A DNA stretch of 64,000 nucleotides from positions 1 through 64,000 of the IMG/VR virus record IMGVR_UViG_3300048923_000295; one strand, given 5' to 3'. Below the pieces are notes generated by a model. The model saw nothing but the letters and a program-made list of their open reading frames with translations. It had not been told where the DNA came from and ran no database searches. Positions 63,798 through 64,000 of this stretch are shown here, one piece after another (positions within the stretch are counted from its first letter, which is position 1; every line of letters starts with the position of its first letter). Both the position numbers and the translations under genes were made by a program. The stretch comes from a virus (taxonomy: Duplodnaviria; Caudoviricetes).

Positions 63798-64000
63798 GTG
63801 GCCGGCATCCCCGCGATGCTCCTCCGCTTCCTCGCCGTCGTCGAGCCCTACCAGGGCGCCGGCGCACACGGCCCGATCCTTGGCCCGCCCGCCCCGGCCA
63901 TGCCGTGCTTCGCCGAGGTTCGCCGCTCGCTGACCGTCGACCGCGAATCCCGCCGGATCACCTCCACGGCCACCGTCTGGCTGCCCCTCGGCACCGACTG
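63798..64000 (+). CDS. Head-closure/adaptor protein (truncated by window)
   Basis: GGGAGG RBS; VVEPYQGAGAHGP...ITSTATVWLP. Confidence 0.65.
   Translation, partial: MAGIPAMLLRFLAVVEPYQGAGAHGPILGPPAPAMPCFAEVRRSLTVDRESRRITSTATVWLPLGTD

Larger units (their letters stand above)
1..64000. mobile_element. Temperate actinophage prophage, left ~64 kb; tail and lysis genes lie beyond the window
   Basis: Integrase/Xis/repressor at the left end, early operon with overlapping start/stop codons, then terminase-portal-scaffold-capsid-adaptor order. Confidence 0.95.

Overview
A high-GC actinomycete temperate prophage, possibly Frankia-like (host is a guess from composition and the Lsr2/WhiB/TraB content). 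The window runs from the integrase at the left edge to the start of the head-tail joining genes. Order: integrase/Xis; repressor/Cro switch; early genes (AAA ATPase, WhiB, antirepressor, HNH, Rep with internal iterons); accessory region; intein-containing UvrD helicase; Lsr2; plasmid/AICE-type Spd-TraB-GntR module; Thg1-like gene; two ADP-ribosyltransferases; terminase, HNH, portal, zincin, minor capsid, scaffold, major capsid; fibre cluster; head-tail adaptors. The standout is 20361-22115. A small Cas7/RAMP-like gene and a partner gene lie beside five tracts of strict 5-nt periodicity (constant GGY plus variable NN). Three tracts are followed by a hairpin, a tRNA-like mini-module ending CCA, and a GNRA hairpin. 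This looks like a cas1/cas2-free RNA-guided system with gapped guides. From memory it resembles the recently reported viral VIPR systems, which I cannot verify here. Other notable signals are a dispersed CTAC-N-AATT-N-GTAG operator, a P[KT]L[AG]xL[AS] motif shared by five late-region proteins, a candidate clt, and a tRNA-like element at 63.6 kb. All protein calls come from motif recognition by eye; no searches were run.
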